This document shows, one piece after another, positions 24,228 to 33,750 of a stretch of 64,000 nt of DNA (within the stretch, counting starts at the first letter, position 1; each line of letters starts with the position of its first letter). Below the pieces are notes generated by a model. That model searched no databases. It was not told the origin of the DNA and worked only from the letters and a program-made list of their open reading frames with translations. The translations under genes were made by a program, and so were the position numbers. Origin of the DNA: an uncultured Pelagibacteraceae bacterium (GTDB lineage: Bacteria; Pseudomonadota; Alphaproteobacteria; Pelagibacterales; Pelagibacteraceae); assembly GCA_902620585.1 (NCBI GenBank), contig CACNJC010000001.1, positions 18,879 through 82,878 on the forward strand. Reading direction: 5' to 3'.

Positions 24228-24255
24228 AATCTAGCCTAGAAAAACTTCCCGTCAA
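24228..24255 (-). promoter_or_regulatory. Putative sigma70 promoter giving a leaderless ilvI mRNA
   Basis: On the minus strand TTGACG-16 nt-TAGATT-6 nt-ATG, with no SD. Confidence 0.45.
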
Positions 24256-24258
24256 GTT

Positions 24259-25176
24259 TTAGCTGACAACTTTTATAGATTTTTTTAAAAGTGCAGAAAA
24301 ATCTTTAGAATAGAGCTTTGTCCAGTTCTTCATATGCCCTCGAGCCCAAGTATTTTGTCTTTTCGCATACTGCCTGGTTTTGATGTATATATGTTCTTTG
24401 CATTGATTAAGTGAGATCGCTCCATCCAAATATTTATTAATTTCCTGGACACCTATCAATTTATTGGCAGATAAAGAATTATTTAATTTAAGTAAGTTAA
24501 AATCTACAACTTCTTGAATACATCCATTTTCAAACATCTGTTCTACTCTTCTTAATATATTTTTAAGCAAAATATCTCTAGGTGTTTGAAGGAAAATTTT
24601 TTTTATTTCATAATTAATGAAGTCAGATTTGGTATTTTCAATCCAATCAAATAATGATTTTTTTGTTTTTAACATAACTTCGAAAGCTCTTTGAGTTCTT
24701 TGAGAATCAGTTGGTAAAATTCTTTTTTTTACTTTCGGATCAATCTTAACAAGTTCTTGATAAAAATTTTGATAACCAATTTTTTTAAAAAGTGATCTTA
24801 CCTTGTTTCTTATAGTCAAGTCTATATTAGGTATTTTACTAATACCTTTAGTAATTGTATTGAAGTACAAACCTGTACCACCAACTATGATTGGTACCTT
24901 TTTCTTTGTATGGCATTGGTCTACTTTTGTCTTAGTTAACTTAAGCCATTCACCAGCTGAGAAAGGCTTTCTCACTGATATAATCCCATATAAATGATGT
25001 TTAATCTTTTTTATTTCATCGACATTTGGTCTCGATGACAAGATAGAAAACTCATTATAAATTTGCATACTATCCGCATTTATAATTTCACCATTAATTT
25101 TTTTTGCTAATTGTATCGCTAATTTTGATTTACCCGAAGCTGTTGGTCCGCCTAAGAGAATTATCTTTTTTAACAA
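24259..25176 (-). CDS. miaA: tRNA dimethylallyltransferase
   Basis: GPTASGKS, NADSMQIY, VGGTGLY, TRQYAKRQNTW. Confidence 0.96.
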   Translation of the reverse strand: MLKKIILLGGPTASGKSKLAIQLAKKINGEIINADSMQIYNEFSILSSRPNVDEIKKIKHHLYGIISVRKPFSAGEWLKLTKTKVDQCHTKKKVPIIVGGTGLYFNTITKGISKIPNIDLTIRNKVRSLFKKIGYQNFYQELVKIDPKVKKRILPTDSQRTQRAFEVMLKTKKSLFDWIENTKSDFINYEIKKIFLQTPRDILLKNILRRVEQMFENGCIQEVVDFNLLKLNNSLSANKLIGVQEINKYLDGAISLNQCKEHIYIKTRQYAKRQNTWARGHMKNWTKLYSKDFSALLKKSIKVVS

Positions 25177-25177
25177 T

Positions 25178-26578
25178 TTAATCTAATTTCACACCAATAT
25201 ATCTTCTTCGATTATTGATGTCTATTATTGAGAGAAGTAAATTTTTATCACCTTTTTTAATAATATCATTTATAACAATTTTTAAATCAGAAGACTTTGT
25301 AATTGGTTTCCTTTTCGCTTCAATAATTATATCGTTAATGTTCAACTGATCTTTTAAGGGACTTTTGTTTGATATATCGGTTATTACGACACCTGATTTT
25401 ATTTTTAAATTTCTTGATGCAATATCATCTTTAGTTAAATCTCTTATAGTAATTTTTAATTTTTCAATTTCTATTTCTTCTTTTTTCTTAGGAATAGATT
25501 TTTTTTCTTTAAATTCTTCAGAGGACTCGAGTCTTCCGAGCTTTAAGTTCTTAGAAATTAATTTTTTATTTCTCCATATTTCAATCTTAACAATTTTCCC
25601 AACTTTTGTATTTGCTACAACTTTTGGTAAGGTTCTCATTGTTTTAATTTTTTTTCCATCAAACTTTAAAATAATATCTCCCGCTTTTATACCTGCTTTA
25701 TCAGCTGGGCTTTTTTCACCAACGCTTGCTACTAAAGCTCCCTCTGGTTTTTTTAATTCAACAGCTTCTGCAATTTCTTTAGTTACTTCCTGAATTCTTA
25801 CTCCAAGCCAACCTCTTCTTGTTTCTCCATAATTAACTAATTGGTCTATTACTTTAGAAGCTGCATTAGATGGAATAGCAAAACCAATACCGATTGATCC
25901 AGACTGACCAATAATAGCAGTATTGATTCCAACGACTTCTCCATTCAAATTGAACAAAGGTCCTCCGGAGTTACCTTGATTTATAGATGCATCAGTTTGT
26001 ATAAAATCATCGTATCGTGTCATTCCAATATCTCTGTTCCTTGCAGAAATTATTCCTGAAGTAACAGTTCCACCTAATCCAAATGGGTTTCCAATAGCAA
26101 CTACCCAATCACCTACTCTTGCTTGATCTGAATTACCAAATTTTACCGTTTTAAATTTATCCTTTGTTTCCATTTTTAAAACAGCAATATCCATATACGG
26201 GTCAGCTCCAATAACTTTTGCCTTGTATTCTTTTGAATCTACTTTTACTACAATATCATCAGCCCCCGCTATCACGTGATTGTTAGTAATAACCATACCA
26301 TTGTCCTTAATTATAAAACCTGAACCTAAAGATGATGCTTTTCTTTCAGTTGGTCTTTGAAAATCTTTAAACATTTCCTCAAAAGGTGAGCCAGGTGGAA
26401 ATTGAAAAGGAAATTGATTAGAAGATGTTCTAACCGTTTGAGTTGTTGAAATATTAACTACTGAAGGCATTAATTCTTCTGCTAAATCCGCAAATGACTC
26501 CGGAACAGCTTTAGCATTTGAATATAATCCAAAATTCAAAACTACTAGAACTAATATTATATTTCGGAACAATTGCAT
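25178..26578 (-). CDS. degP: Periplasmic serine protease Do/DegP with two PDZ domains
   Basis: Signal peptide, SLGSGFII, TNNHV, QTDASINQGNSGGPL. Confidence 0.93.
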   Translation of the reverse strand: MQLFRNIILVLVVLNFGLYSNAKAVPESFADLAEELMPSVVNISTTQTVRTSSNQFPFQFPPGSPFEEMFKDFQRPTERKASSLGSGFIIKDNGMVITNNHVIAGADDIVVKVDSKEYKAKVIGADPYMDIAVLKMETKDKFKTVKFGNSDQARVGDWVVAIGNPFGLGGTVTSGIISARNRDIGMTRYDDFIQTDASINQGNSGGPLFNLNGEVVGINTAIIGQSGSIGIGFAIPSNAASKVIDQLVNYGETRRGWLGVRIQEVTKEIAEAVELKKPEGALVASVGEKSPADKAGIKAGDIILKFDGKKIKTMRTLPKVVANTKVGKIVKIEIWRNKKLISKNLKLGRLESSEEFKEKKSIPKKKEEIEIEKLKITIRDLTKDDIASRNLKIKSGVVITDISNKSPLKDQLNINDIIIEAKRKPITKSSDLKIVINDIIKKGDKNLLLSIIDINNRRRYIGVKLD

Positions 26579-26764
26579 TTAGCTTTTTATATACCAAATT
26601 ATTGAGAAACCTATAATCAAAAATATAACTCCAAAAGTTCTTAATTTATTTTCTGGTGTATTCTTAATTAATTCAAGCATACTTTTGATTCTTGACGGGA
26701 AAATGGCAATAAATAATCCCTCTATAAAAAAAAGTAATCCTATAGCGATAATAAACTCATTCAC
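26579..26764 (-). CDS. Small membrane protein, DUF2065/YjeT-like
   Basis: IEGL...FP...LRTFG pattern; conserved position after hflC. Confidence 0.8.
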   Translation of the reverse strand: MNEFIIAIGLLFFIEGLFIAIFPSRIKSMLELIKNTPENKLRTFGVIFLIIGFSIIWYIKS

Positions 26765-26776
26765 AAATTAAATAAA

Positions 26777-27655
26777 TTATCTTTTTTTAATAAGTTGATT
26801 AGCTGAGTTTCCAAAAAATTTGAAGAAATCACTGTCTGGTGATAAAACTAATGAAGTTTCCCCACCAATTAAAGCCTTTTCATAAGCTTGCATTGCTCTG
26901 TAGAAAGCAAAGAATTGAGGATCTCTTCCAAATGCACCGGCGAAAATCTTATTTCTCTGGCCATCTCCTTCACCTTTCATGATTTCAGATTTTTTGTTTG
27001 CCTCTGCTAAAATAACAGTCACATCTTTGTCCGCCGTAGATCTAATTTTTTGAGCTATCTCTGCACCTTGCGCTCTAAATTCTTTTGCTTCTCTCTGTCT
27101 TTCTGTTTGCATTCTTGAGTAAATCGCTTCACTATTAGCTGGTGGTAAGTCAGCTCTTTTAATTCTTACATCTACAATTTTAATACCGAAATTTTCTGCT
27201 TCAGTATTTACTTGACTTTGGATTATAGACATTTGTTTTGCTCTATCAGTTGATAGCAAAGTCGCCAATTCTTGTTTTCCAAGCACACCTCTTATTCTTG
27301 AATTAATTATTGTAGACAATCTTGATCTAGCTACTCTCTCGTTTCCAACTGAAATATAAAATTTTAATGGGTCTGTAATCTTAAATCTAGCTATAGCATC
27401 TACTATCAATCTTTTTTGATCAGCAGCAATTACTTCTTCTGGGGCACTATCTAGATTTAAAATCCTTTTATCCAAATAAACAACATTTTGAATAAATGGT
27501 AATTTAAAATTTAAACCAGCTTTAGTAATTATTTTTTTAGGATCACCAAACTGTAATACGATTGCTTGACTTATTTCTTGTACAACGAATAAAGATTGAA
27601 ATACTACTACTCCAATGATCACGATGATTGGGATTAAAATTTTATTAGCTCTCAT
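26777..27655 (-). CDS. hflC: FtsH modulator HflC
   Basis: SPFH domain, DVRIKRADLP, RMQTERQREA, FFAFYRAMQAY. Confidence 0.95.
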   Translation of the reverse strand: MRANKILIPIIVIIGVVVFQSLFVVQEISQAIVLQFGDPKKIITKAGLNFKLPFIQNVVYLDKRILNLDSAPEEVIAADQKRLIVDAIARFKITDPLKFYISVGNERVARSRLSTIINSRIRGVLGKQELATLLSTDRAKQMSIIQSQVNTEAENFGIKIVDVRIKRADLPPANSEAIYSRMQTERQREAKEFRAQGAEIAQKIRSTADKDVTVILAEANKKSEIMKGEGDGQRNKIFAGAFGRDPQFFAFYRAMQAYEKALIGGETSLVLSPDSDFFKFFGNSANQLIKKR

Positions 27656-28761
27656 TAATTTGTGCTCCCTGATTTTTTAAGTTCTGGCAAAGGTAAATAT
27701 GGAACTACACCTGAGCCGGACTCTTTATCTATAATTACTTTATCGATATCAGCTAGTACTTTTTCCATAGTTTCAAGATACATTCTTTCTTGAGTTACTT
27801 GTTTCGCATTTTTATACTCATTATAAATTGCTAAAAATCTACTAGCCTCTCCTTCGGCTTTTGCTACGACTTCTTTTTTATAAGCTTCAGCTTGTTGTAA
27901 TACTTGTTCTGCTTCACCACGTGCTCTTGGAATGACATCGTTGGCATAGGCCTCTGCTTCGTTTTTTGATCTTTCTCTATCTGCTCTTGCAGCTTGTACA
28001 TCTCTAAAAGCATCAATTACTTGAGCGGGTGGATCGGCTTGTTGAGTTTGTACTTGTGTAATTTGAATTCCTGAACTGTATTCATCTAAAATTTTTTGAG
28101 TTATTTCTTGAACTTCAACTTCTATATTCGATCTACCTTCTGTTAAAATCGTTTGAATTTCATTTTTGGCTATAACTTCTCTCATCGCAGTTTCCGAAGT
28201 AGCTTTTACTGTTTCAACAGGACTCTGAATATTGAACAAAAACTTTTGCGCGTCTTTTATTACCCAAAAAACTGAGTAATTAATATCAACTATGTTTTCG
28301 TCCCCTGTAAGCATTAAACTTTCTTCTGGAACATTTCCTACTCCAGAAGTTCTACCGCTATCACTTGCTGGTCTAAAACCAACATCAACTCTATTAACTT
28401 TTGTTACCTTTGGTGTTAACACACGTTCGAAAGGTGTTGGAAAATGGTAATGTAACCCTGGTTGAGTTGTATGAACATATTTACCAAATCTTAAGACAAC
28501 TCCTTGCTCATCAGGCAAAACTCTATAAAGACCGCTAGCTACATAAAGGACTAATAAAACCAATAAGCCAATTATAATTGGTCTTGAGCCTCCTGACTTT
28601 CCGCCTGAAAATTTATTAATGGTTTTTTGAAAATTTTTTATTACGTCATCTAGATTAGGTGGATCTTTTCTTGTGCCGGAACCATTCCCATTTGAACTCC
28701 CGCCTGGTGAAGAAGATCCCCAAGGAGATTGATTATTCAGGATTTTATCTTTAAAACTCAT
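27655..28761 (-). CDS. hflK: FtsH modulator HflK
   Basis: N-terminal PWG...PPNLDD, MLTGDENIV, AFRDVQAARAD, RMYLETME. Confidence 0.95.
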   Translation of the reverse strand: MSFKDKILNNQSPWGSSSPGGSSNGNGSGTRKDPPNLDDVIKNFQKTINKFSGGKSGGSRPIIIGLLVLLVLYVASGLYRVLPDEQGVVLRFGKYVHTTQPGLHYHFPTPFERVLTPKVTKVNRVDVGFRPASDSGRTSGVGNVPEESLMLTGDENIVDINYSVFWVIKDAQKFLFNIQSPVETVKATSETAMREVIAKNEIQTILTEGRSNIEVEVQEITQKILDEYSSGIQITQVQTQQADPPAQVIDAFRDVQAARADRERSKNEAEAYANDVIPRARGEAEQVLQQAEAYKKEVVAKAEGEASRFLAIYNEYKNAKQVTQERMYLETMEKVLADIDKVIIDKESGSGVVPYLPLPELKKSGSTN

Positions 28762-28769
28762 GACACTTT

Positions 28770-28797
28770 ATATAGTGACTTTTTGTTTAAAAACAAG
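28770..28797 (-). promoter_or_regulatory. Putative RpoH (heat-shock)-type promoter of hflK-hflC-degP
   Basis: Minus strand CTTG-N17-ACTATAT, 8 nt before the ATG; resembles the alphaproteobacterial RpoH pattern CTTG...CCTATAT. Confidence 0.45.
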
Positions 28798-28838
28798 TTA
28801 AGTATTAGCGATATAATGACCAATAAAACTGCACAACT

Positions 28839-29636
28839 ATGAGCCAAAAACCTCCTCCAAAGAAATTTACCAAAACTCCAATAAATGGAACCAAATTTAC
28901 TTTACTTGTTTCAAGTGCAAAAGGTGGGGTTGGAAAATCTACTGTAGCAGTAAACTTGGCCTTTGCTATGCAAAATCTAGGATTAAAAATAGGTATATTG
29001 GATGCTGATGTATACGGACCTTCTCTTCCTAGATTGCTAAATCTAAAAGAAAAACCTAATACCGAAAATGGAAAAGAAATAATTCCGATAAATAAATACG
29101 ACGCACAATGTATGTCTATGGGATTTTTAGTTGATGAACAAACGCCGATGATATGGCGTGGACCTATGGTGATAAGTGCTATTAAAACAATGACTCAAAA
29201 AGTTTTGTGGAAAAATTTAGATATCATTGTAATTGATATGCCCCCAGGCACAGGTGACACTCAGTTAACTTTTGCACAAGAGGTAAAAATTGATGGAGCT
29301 ATTATCGTTTCAACCCCTCAAGAATTAGCTCTACTAGATGTAAGAAGAGGAATTCAAATGTTTGATAAAACTGGAGTAAAAATATTTGGGTTAATTGATA
29401 ACATGAGTTTTTTTAAAGGTGATGATGGTAAAGAGTACAAAATCTTTGGAGAGAGCGGAGTCCAAAAAACAGCTGAGGAATATAATAAAGATTTTTTAGG
29501 AAGTATCCCACTTAGTCAAGACCTTAGAGGTTCAGCAGATAAAGGTGACCCTTTGACTCATAGTGACCCTAAACACGAGGTTTCAATTATATTTGAAAAA
29601 ATTGCAAAAAAAATAAAAGAAACTAATTTAATATAA
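28839..29636 (+). CDS. apbC: Mrp/ApbC Fe-S cluster carrier ATPase
   Basis: SAKGGVGKST, DADVYGPS, IWRGPM, DMPPGTGD. Confidence 0.92.
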   Translation: MSQKPPPKKFTKTPINGTKFTLLVSSAKGGVGKSTVAVNLAFAMQNLGLKIGILDADVYGPSLPRLLNLKEKPNTENGKEIIPINKYDAQCMSMGFLVDEQTPMIWRGPMVISAIKTMTQKVLWKNLDIIVIDMPPGTGDTQLTFAQEVKIDGAIIVSTPQELALLDVRRGIQMFDKTGVKIFGLIDNMSFFKGDDGKEYKIFGESGVQKTAEEYNKDFLGSIPLSQDLRGSADKGDPLTHSDPKHEVSIIFEKIAKKIKETNLI

Positions 29637-30726
29637 TATTTCTTAAAGCATTTTGATCTAAGTCAATTGGATTATTTGATAGTCTCATTAAATTCACGCC
29701 TGAAATTATTTTATCATAGTCGTTTTTAATATCGATGCCTAATTTACTAAAATCATCTTCTAAATTTGCTTTCTGTTTTAAGGTTTGCAAATATTTATCA
29801 AGTGAGGAAATATCTTCAGTATTAGTTAATCTAAACAAAGTTTGAAATCTCTGTTTTAGATCAAATTTACAATTTGCTGAGGAGAGGTTGTTATAATTAT
29901 ATTTTAGAAATTTATTTAGTGTTAATGAAACTGCATGACCATGACTGATGTTATAAATTGAAGTAAATGAATAAGAAACTGCATGAGGAGCTGTTGTCTT
30001 GGAAATATTTATCGCTTCTCCTGCAAGGTTTGCAGCAAGACACATAGCAGAGGTATTATCAAGATTTGGTTTTTCTAGATTATTAATAAAATTTTTTAAA
30101 GATATATTTAGTGACTTTTCTGCAAAACTTATACTTTTTTCATTTGATTTTTTTGAAATTAAAGACTCGATTGCTTGAGCAATAGCATCAAAGCCTGCTG
30201 AAGATTTAATTTTGTTTGACGCACTTATTACTAACTCTGGTATTAAAAAAAAGAAATCTGGTCTTATACTGCTACCCTCTATAGAGTATTTTTTTTTATC
30301 AACATAAATAACAGCATTAGATGTTACCTCTGCACCAGACCCGGCTGTAGTCGGTATTGCAACGAGTTTTGTAAAATTGTTTTCCAACTTATATGATGAG
30401 TTAATAATTTCTTCCCGCAAATTTTCACTTTTTATTAAAGCATTAGCAATTTTTGCATAATCTAGAACAGAACCGCCTCCAATTGCTATAATGAGTTCAG
30501 GTGAAAATTTTTTCACTTCGGAAATGATTTTCTTAAGTTCATCTAATTCAGGGTAAGGATGTTTTTTAAAATAAAATTGAGTTTTCTTATTTATCAATTG
30601 GTCGTTAATTAGTTTTTCAGCTCCTGAATTTTTAAATGAATTTTCACCGCAAATAATAAGAATTTTATCAAATTTACTATCTTTTAAAAATTTTTTAAAG
30701 TCACTTGATGAAAAAGAATTATTCAT
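29623..30726 (-). CDS. Iron-containing alcohol dehydrogenase, probable phosphonoacetaldehyde reductase (makes 2-hydroxyethylphosphonate)
   Basis: GGGSVLDYAK, PTTAGSGAE, TTAPHAVSY...HGHAV; directly after ppd with ATGA overlap. Confidence 0.85.
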   Translation of the reverse strand: MNNSFSSSDFKKFLKDSKFDKILIICGENSFKNSGAEKLINDQLINKKTQFYFKKHPYPELDELKKIISEVKKFSPELIIAIGGGSVLDYAKIANALIKSENLREEIINSSYKLENNFTKLVAIPTTAGSGAEVTSNAVIYVDKKKYSIEGSSIRPDFFFLIPELVISASNKIKSSAGFDAIAQAIESLISKKSNEKSISFAEKSLNISLKNFINNLEKPNLDNTSAMCLAANLAGEAINISKTTAPHAVSYSFTSIYNISHGHAVSLTLNKFLKYNYNNLSSANCKFDLKQRFQTLFRLTNTEDISSLDKYLQTLKQKANLEDDFSKLGIDIKNDYDKIISGVNLMRLSNNPIDLDQNALRNIILN

Positions 30727-31826
30727 TTATTTACCATGAATTTTTCTTTTATCTTTATCAAATTTTTAGGTCTTGATAAGTTCTTTAATGAACCATTTTT
30801 TATTTTTACTTCTAATAAACTTGGTCCCTTAGATCTAACAAATCTTGTAATCATATTCTTTATATTATCTCTCTTTTCAATTTTAAAATAATTTCTATAT
30901 CCGATACTTTCACGAAATTTATTAAAATCAATTCCATTTGCATTAGTCAACTGACCTCCTACTGACTCATGAGAATTATTATTTAAGATAATATGTTTAA
31001 AATTTTTATTTTTTAAATATCCAGCTGTTCTTAAAGAACCTAAATGCATCAGTACGGATCCATCGCCATCTAAACAAAATATTTGTTTTTTTGAATTTAA
31101 AGCATAACCAATAGCAACACTCGAAGAATGCCCCATTCCACCAACCATGTAAAAATCTTGCCCTTTATTAAAATTAAACCTTTTGCGCAACTCCATTAGC
31201 TCTCTAGAAGTATAACCCGTAGTTGATATAATTTTGCTTTTTTTTGGTATTAAACTTAAAAAATTTTTTATAAATTCCGGTCTTGAAATATATCTACTTT
31301 TATTTTTTTCTTTTTTATTTAGAGTTTGAAGAGTGTCTTTTTCAATTAGGCAAGCTACTATAGATTTATTTTTTTTTGATCTTAAAATAATTTTTTTTAA
31401 CTTTTGTAAGTCTTTTTCTTGTCTTAAAATACAATAGTTTATCTTTAAAAGTTTTAAAAGATTTAAAGTAATTCTCCCTTTGGCTTTATGCTGTGGCTCG
31501 TCAGGTTTTTTTGGAGAACCTCTCCAACCAATTATCAAAAATAGTGGTGTTGAATATACATCTTTACCAGCAATTGATATTAAAGGATTGATGGCATTAC
31601 TTAAGCCTGAGTTTTGTAAATATATACATGGAATCTTTTTAGTTGATAAATAATATCCAATACCCATTGAGATAGCTGCTCCCTCATTAGTAGCTATTAT
31701 ATGTTTTTTTAATGAATATTTTTCTAAATATGTGGATAAACTCTCTAATATACTATCTGGAACACCCGTAAAAAAATTTATTCTATTTTTCTCTAAAGCA
31801 TTAAGTAAATTTTTTACTTGTATCAT
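30723..31826 (-). CDS. ppd: Phosphonopyruvate decarboxylase
   Basis: FFTGVPDS, NEG, QNSG, DEPQH, STTGYTSREL, ThDP motif DGDG...NN. Confidence 0.93.
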   Translation of the reverse strand: MIQVKNLLNALEKNRINFFTGVPDSILESLSTYLEKYSLKKHIIATNEGAAISMGIGYYLSTKKIPCIYLQNSGLSNAINPLISIAGKDVYSTPLFLIIGWRGSPKKPDEPQHKAKGRITLNLLKLLKINYCILRQEKDLQKLKKIILRSKKNKSIVACLIEKDTLQTLNKKEKNKSRYISRPEFIKNFLSLIPKKSKIISTTGYTSRELMELRKRFNFNKGQDFYMVGGMGHSSSVAIGYALNSKKQIFCLDGDGSVLMHLGSLRTAGYLKNKNFKHIILNNNSHESVGGQLTNANGIDFNKFRESIGYRNYFKIEKRDNIKNMITRFVRSKGPSLLEVKIKNGSLKNLSRPKNLIKIKEKFMVNK

Positions 31827-31828
31827 TA

Positions 31829-33127
31829 TTATTTAATTAAATTAATAACCTCTTTTACAGAACTAATTTTTTTTTCTAATTCAAAAGATCTTTGGTTTTT
31901 AAGAATAGTGATAGCTACATTCTCCATTGCTGGGTAAGAAGCTCTTAACATTTGATTAGCGTATATAACAATTTTAAAACCATTTTTAATTAACATTGAC
32001 TCAGTTGTTGTTGAATAAGTAGATGGAACGGAGACTAGTGGTTTGTAATATTTTGTTTTTTTAAAAATTTTTGAAAAAGAAAAAATCTCTTTTGCTGTTT
32101 TTTCTTTACTATGAATTAGTATTAAATCAGCTCCTGCTTCTGAGTAAGCTTTTGCTCTTTTTAAACCATCTTGTAAACCTTTGCCAAGTATAAAGCTTTC
32201 TATCCTTGCTCCTATTAAAAAATCTTTAGAAGTTCTAGTTTTTTTAATCAAATCGATCTTTTTACAAAAATCTTTTATAGTGTCCTGCTTAGCATTAGAT
32301 TGGTCTTTGAAGAGTGAATTTTTCTTTAAGCCAACTTTGTCTTCAATCATTATTGCCGAAACTCCTAATCTCTCTAAAGTTCTAACAGTAAATGGAATAT
32401 GTTCCAATCTACCGCCATTATCAGCATCAAAAATAACGGGTTTAGTTGTAACGTCCATCAAATCTCCAAGCCCACTAAATCTAGAAGAAAAATCTAAAGA
32501 CTGATTATCAGGTTTACCTTTCATGCAGGAGTCGGTTAAACTAGAAGACCACATACCATCAAATTCCTTTGATGAGTTTTTTCTAGTATATTTTATATTT
32601 TCAATTATTAATCCTGATAGAGGGCTGTGTGACTCTATTATTCTAACAATTTTTTTATTTTCTAAAAGTCTTTTTAAAATAGAAACTCTAGATGTTGGAG
32701 TTAATTGGTTAATTAATCTAGACTTTATTGAACTTGAAGATATATTTTTTGTATACTTTGGTTCTATTAATTTTCCTTTCCATTTTCTTAAAATGTTGAC
32801 AACTTGTGATCTTATTTTCTTTTGTACTCCAAATTTCCAATCATCGCCGTGTACCACATAATCAGGTCTAATTTTTTGCAAATTAGGCCTGTAGTCAAGA
32901 GTTGATTGAGGTACAATTTTTTTTACAAATTTTATATTTCTTAAAACTGTGACTCTTTGATTATAATTTAATGTAGGTATATTTTTATAGGTTGCTATTG
33001 CTTCGTCAGTCAAAAGACCGACGATAACATCTCCATAATTTTTAGCAGTCTTTAAAATATTTATATGTCCCTCATGAAGGATATCGGCTGACATCCCTAC
33101 GTAAACTAATTTATTCTTCTTTATCAT
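31829..33127 (-). CDS. pepM: Phosphoenolpyruvate mutase fused to an N-terminal cytidylyltransferase
   Basis: N-domain ADILHEGH (HxGH) and VHGDDW; PepM domain with DADNGG and the diagnostic EDKVGLKKNS (EDK-X5-NS). Confidence 0.95.
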   Translation of the reverse strand: MIKKNKLVYVGMSADILHEGHINILKTAKNYGDVIVGLLTDEAIATYKNIPTLNYNQRVTVLRNIKFVKKIVPQSTLDYRPNLQKIRPDYVVHGDDWKFGVQKKIRSQVVNILRKWKGKLIEPKYTKNISSSSIKSRLINQLTPTSRVSILKRLLENKKIVRIIESHSPLSGLIIENIKYTRKNSSKEFDGMWSSSLTDSCMKGKPDNQSLDFSSRFSGLGDLMDVTTKPVIFDADNGGRLEHIPFTVRTLERLGVSAIMIEDKVGLKKNSLFKDQSNAKQDTIKDFCKKIDLIKKTRTSKDFLIGARIESFILGKGLQDGLKRAKAYSEAGADLILIHSKEKTAKEIFSFSKIFKKTKYYKPLVSVPSTYSTTTESMLIKNGFKIVIYANQMLRASYPAMENVAITILKNQRSFELEKKISSVKEVINLIK

Positions 33128-33750
33128 TTTTTTATTTTTTTTCTTTTTGCAACTATTCTTAAAACTACAGGATTTTCTCCTTTAAAGGGAGCTAAATTTT
33201 TTGAAAGCTTAAATACTATTATATTGAAATCTTTTGCCAATTTCCTTTTAAATTCTGTTGGATTTATGAATCTTCTGTAATGTGTGTTTATATATTCATT
33301 TTTTCCTATCCTTTTGCCTTTACCAAATAGATTATCGTAAATAGTTCTTGTCTCAATAAAAACATATTCAAGATTTTTAAATTTTTTTATTGAGTTAAAA
33401 AATTTTTTTTCTTGTTTATAATTTATACTATGAATTGAAAACCTTGAATAAATTGCAAATCTATCGTTTGAAATAGAATAATCGAAATTAACAAAATTTT
33501 TTTTTATAAAATTTTTTTTAAATCTATTATATTTTTTTTTATTAATTCCTATAACTTTTTTACTTTGATCTATGCCTATGCAATTAAGTTTTTTTTGGTT
33601 GAAAAAAATTGTATCTCGTCCATTGCCACATCCTGCATCATAAATATTTCCTGGAAACTTTTTAAGATATTTAAGACAAAATTTCGCAAATTTTGAAGGA
33701 TTATTATTTCCTTTAAGATTTTTATAAAAATTATCCCAATAAACACTCAT
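33124..33750 (-). CDS. Class I SAM-dependent methyltransferase in the phosphonate cassette
   Basis: DAGCGNGRD motif I, GIDQS, YSRFSIHSI, HYRRFI; overlaps both the thyX stop and the pepM start. Confidence 0.85.
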   Translation of the reverse strand: MSVYWDNFYKNLKGNNNPSKFAKFCLKYLKKFPGNIYDAGCGNGRDTIFFNQKKLNCIGIDQSKKVIGINKKKYNRFKKNFIKKNFVNFDYSISNDRFAIYSRFSIHSINYKQEKKFFNSIKKFKNLEYVFIETRTIYDNLFGKGKRIGKNEYINTHYRRFINPTEFKRKLAKDFNIIVFKLSKNLAPFKGENPVVLRIVAKRKKIKK

